Assembly: GCA_934486825.1 (NCBI GenBank)
Contig: CAKSQF010000009.1
Location: 11,298-75,297, forward strand
DNA length: 64,000 nucleotides
Origin: an uncultured Eubacteriales bacterium
Lineage (GTDB): Bacteria > Bacillota > Clostridia > Oscillospirales > CAG-272
Direction of reading: 5' to 3'
Position 1 is the first letter of the stretch; each line of letters begins with the position of its first letter. Below are positions 62,397 through 64,000 of this stretch, piece after piece. The position numbers and the translations under genes were made by a program. The notes under the pieces are model-generated. The model had not been told where the DNA came from. It searched no databases and was given only the letters and a program-made list of their open reading frames with translations.

Positions 62397-63327
62397 TGTT
62401 CTCCCTCCCGTCAAGTGCCACTGCCACGGCGGCAATATCGCCGACGCTGTCGCCGAGTGCCGCGGGCAATATTCTGCACACCGATCTTGCCGACGCAAGC
62501 GCCTCTTTATTCAGTATTTTTTCCATATGCGGTCGGATAAGTTTTTCCGCCCTGACAAAAACGCTCCCGATCACAATTGCCTCCGGATTCAGAATATCGA
62601 TCAGCACAGCCAGACAGTTCCCGAGCATTTCGCCGCAGATTCTGTAAGCTTCAAGTGCGGTCTCATCCCCGCGGTATGCCCACTCCGCAAGCATTTTTGC
62701 GTCGATCCGATCAAGTCCGGATATATCTTTGCAGTAAGGAAGCGTGCCCCCTTGCTGCAACCGTTCGGCAGCAAGAATTTTTCCGAGTCCCGCAAGACCG
62801 CTGCCGCTGCAAAAGCCCTCGGCGGAACCGCTTTTGCCGTATCCGACAGGTCCGTATTCCGCAAGTCTGACATGTCCGATCTCTCCTGCGCTTCCGCCTG
62901 CCCCGCAGTATAATTTTCCGTCGAGAATCATCCCTGCACCGAGACCGGTCCCGAATGTCAGAAATATCATATTTTCGGTTCCGCGTCCCGCTCCGTATTT
63001 CCACTCCGCAAGCGCACAGGCATTTGCGTCGTTGCGCAGAAATACCGGAGTGCCGAATTTGCTTTTCAATCTGTCACAGATACGGACATCATCCCAGTCG
63101 GGCAGATTCGGCGGAGAAAGAATAATTCCGTTTTTTTCGTCAAGCGGTCCTCCGCAGCTTATGCCGACAGCGTCAAAGGGAGCAAAAGACTCCATGATTT
63201 TTTCTATCGTTACAAGTGTCTCTTCGCGGGAGGCGGTAGGGAAAGCGACGCGCCTACTGATCTTTCCGTTATCATCCGCCAGAACGACCGCACATTTTGT
63301 CCCACCGATATCAATTCCGACAATCAT
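62389..63327 (-). CDS. ROK family sugar kinase
   Basis: MIVGIDIGGTK, GTGLGAG, GEIGH and the Cys-containing ROK signature region. 312 aa. Confidence 0.85.
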   Translation of the reverse strand: MIVGIDIGGTKCAVVLADDNGKISRRVAFPTASREETLVTIEKIMESFAPFDAVGISCGGPLDEKNGIILSPPNLPDWDDVRICDRLKSKFGTPVFLRNDANACALAEWKYGAGRGTENMIFLTFGTGLGAGMILDGKLYCGAGGSAGEIGHVRLAEYGPVGYGKSGSAEGFCSGSGLAGLGKILAAERLQQGGTLPYCKDISGLDRIDAKMLAEWAYRGDETALEAYRICGEMLGNCLAVLIDILNPEAIVIGSVFVRAEKLIRPHMEKILNKEALASARSVCRILPAALGDSVGDIAAVAVALDGRENNA

Positions 63328-63352
63328 TCACAAATCTCCTTTATGTACAGTT

Positions 63353-64000
63353 TTACATATCATATTCGGTCAGAAGCACCTCTTTCCAGTCTTTTGTTCC
63401 GAATGAATAAAGGTATGTATTCACACTCCATGCGCCGACATCGGCGGAAAGTTCTTTCGGAAGAAGGTCGCCTCTTATTCTCACATGCGTGTCAATGCCG
63501 TCAGTCTCATACACTCTTATCACGACGCCGCTTCCGTCTTCCGACATTTTAAGCGCGGAAACAACAATGTTTTCCCTGTCACATTCAAATCCGCGATATT
63601 TCTGCGGAAGCGAACCCTCGTGATTATTTTCCTTGATGTATGTCATCGGCAGATTAAGCTTTTGCGCTTCCATTATGACCTCTGACCATCCGTCTTTGCA
63701 GATCGGCATGACCGCATAAGCAAAATCGTGAGCTCCGATGTCGGTAAATTCGTATTCGGCATCGCGCTTTCCTCCGTGGTCACAATAGATAGGACTGCGA
63801 ACCACGGTCAGGTTCATTATATTATCACGGACCGAAAAACTGTATTTATTGTTGTTCAGTATTGCAAGTCCGTATTCTCCTTCACGGAGAGCGACAAAGC
63901 TTTGTCCCGGTTCTTCCTCTCCGTTTGTCGGTCTTTCGATCACACCGAACGGAATCTCGTAGTATGCCTTTGCGTTTCTGAAAGCCGTTGTAAACGAAAG
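63353..64000 (-). CDS. Alpha-mannosidase (GH38) C-terminal part, 5' end outside window
   Basis: The frame stays open upstream of the listed GTG out to position 64000. GLAILNNNKYSFSVRDNIMNLTVVRSPIYCDHGG...HDFAYAVMP matches the GH38 C-terminal domain pattern. Confidence 0.7.
   Translation of the reverse strand, partial: LSFTTAFRNAKAYYEIPFGVIERPTNGEEEPGQSFVALREGEYGLAILNNNKYSFSVRDNIMNLTVVRSPIYCDHGGKRDAEYEFTDIGAHDFAYAVMPICKDGWSEVIMEAQKLNLPMTYIKENNHEGSLPQKYRGFECDRENIVVSALKMSEDGSGVVIRVYETDGIDTHVRIRGDLLPKELSADVGAWSVNTYLYSFGTKDWKEVLLTEYDM

Noticed and set aside
1-64000. CRISPR arrays, Cas genes, reverse transcriptases (retron/DGR), toxin-antitoxin pairs and prophage structural genes.
   Set aside because: A by-eye scan of the intergenic regions and the ORF list found no regularly spaced repeats and none of the signature proteins.

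Overview
The window looks like a Clostridia-type (Firmicutes) chromosome segment. The call rests on gene content only: a FeoB-associated Cys-rich protein, TmcAL, split PurO plus AICARFT-only PurH, and GGAGG ribosome-binding sites. It reads in four blocks. (1) 1-19.2 kb is housekeeping and transport: two glycosidases, a cupin, an ABC-2 pair, an amino-acid ABC importer, a heterodimeric ABC exporter, a CaCA antiporter, and a feoA-feoA-feoB-Cys-rich operon facing a DtxR-family regulator. (2) ~19.26-33.7 kb is accessory DNA. It starts with an IS200 copy, followed by a mobilizable-element remnant with a DUF3991/Toprim primase-like gene, a MobL-type relaxase, an RHH accessory protein and an oriT-like repeat region. 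Beyond oriT lies a uniformly oriented block holding an orphan C5 DNA methyltransferase and several acidic proteins of unknown function. A lipid-hydrolase cargo module sits inside that block, and the accessory region ends about 200 bp short of tRNA-Gln. No integrase, coupling protein or T4SS genes are present. (3) 34-46 kb is housekeeping: TmcAL, tRNA-Pro, a PHP phosphoesterase, YifB/ComM-like, PfkA, small unknown proteins, an oxidoreductase, methyltransferases and RsgA. (4) 46.3-58.5 kb is a 10-gene purine operon, purE-purC-purF-purM-(FNT-like channel)-purN-purO-purH-purD-purL. It follows a near-consensus promoter and a ZTP (pfl) riboswitch. After it come a leaderless DUF11-repeat protein, a CapD-like dehydratase, a SIS isomerase, a ROK kinase and a partial GH38 mannosidase. 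The most interesting candidate is the gene block on the presumed leading side of oriT (25.06-33.6 kb). It combines an orphan Dcm, acidic proteins that share a C-terminal G-M-G-G-M tail, and tight translational coupling, and I read it as a possible anti-defence or establishment island. A reverse-oriented AAA+/PD-(D/E)xK (DUF4143-type) gene with its own consensus promoter is a second candidate. All family assignments come from motifs read by eye and remembered family signatures. No searches were run.
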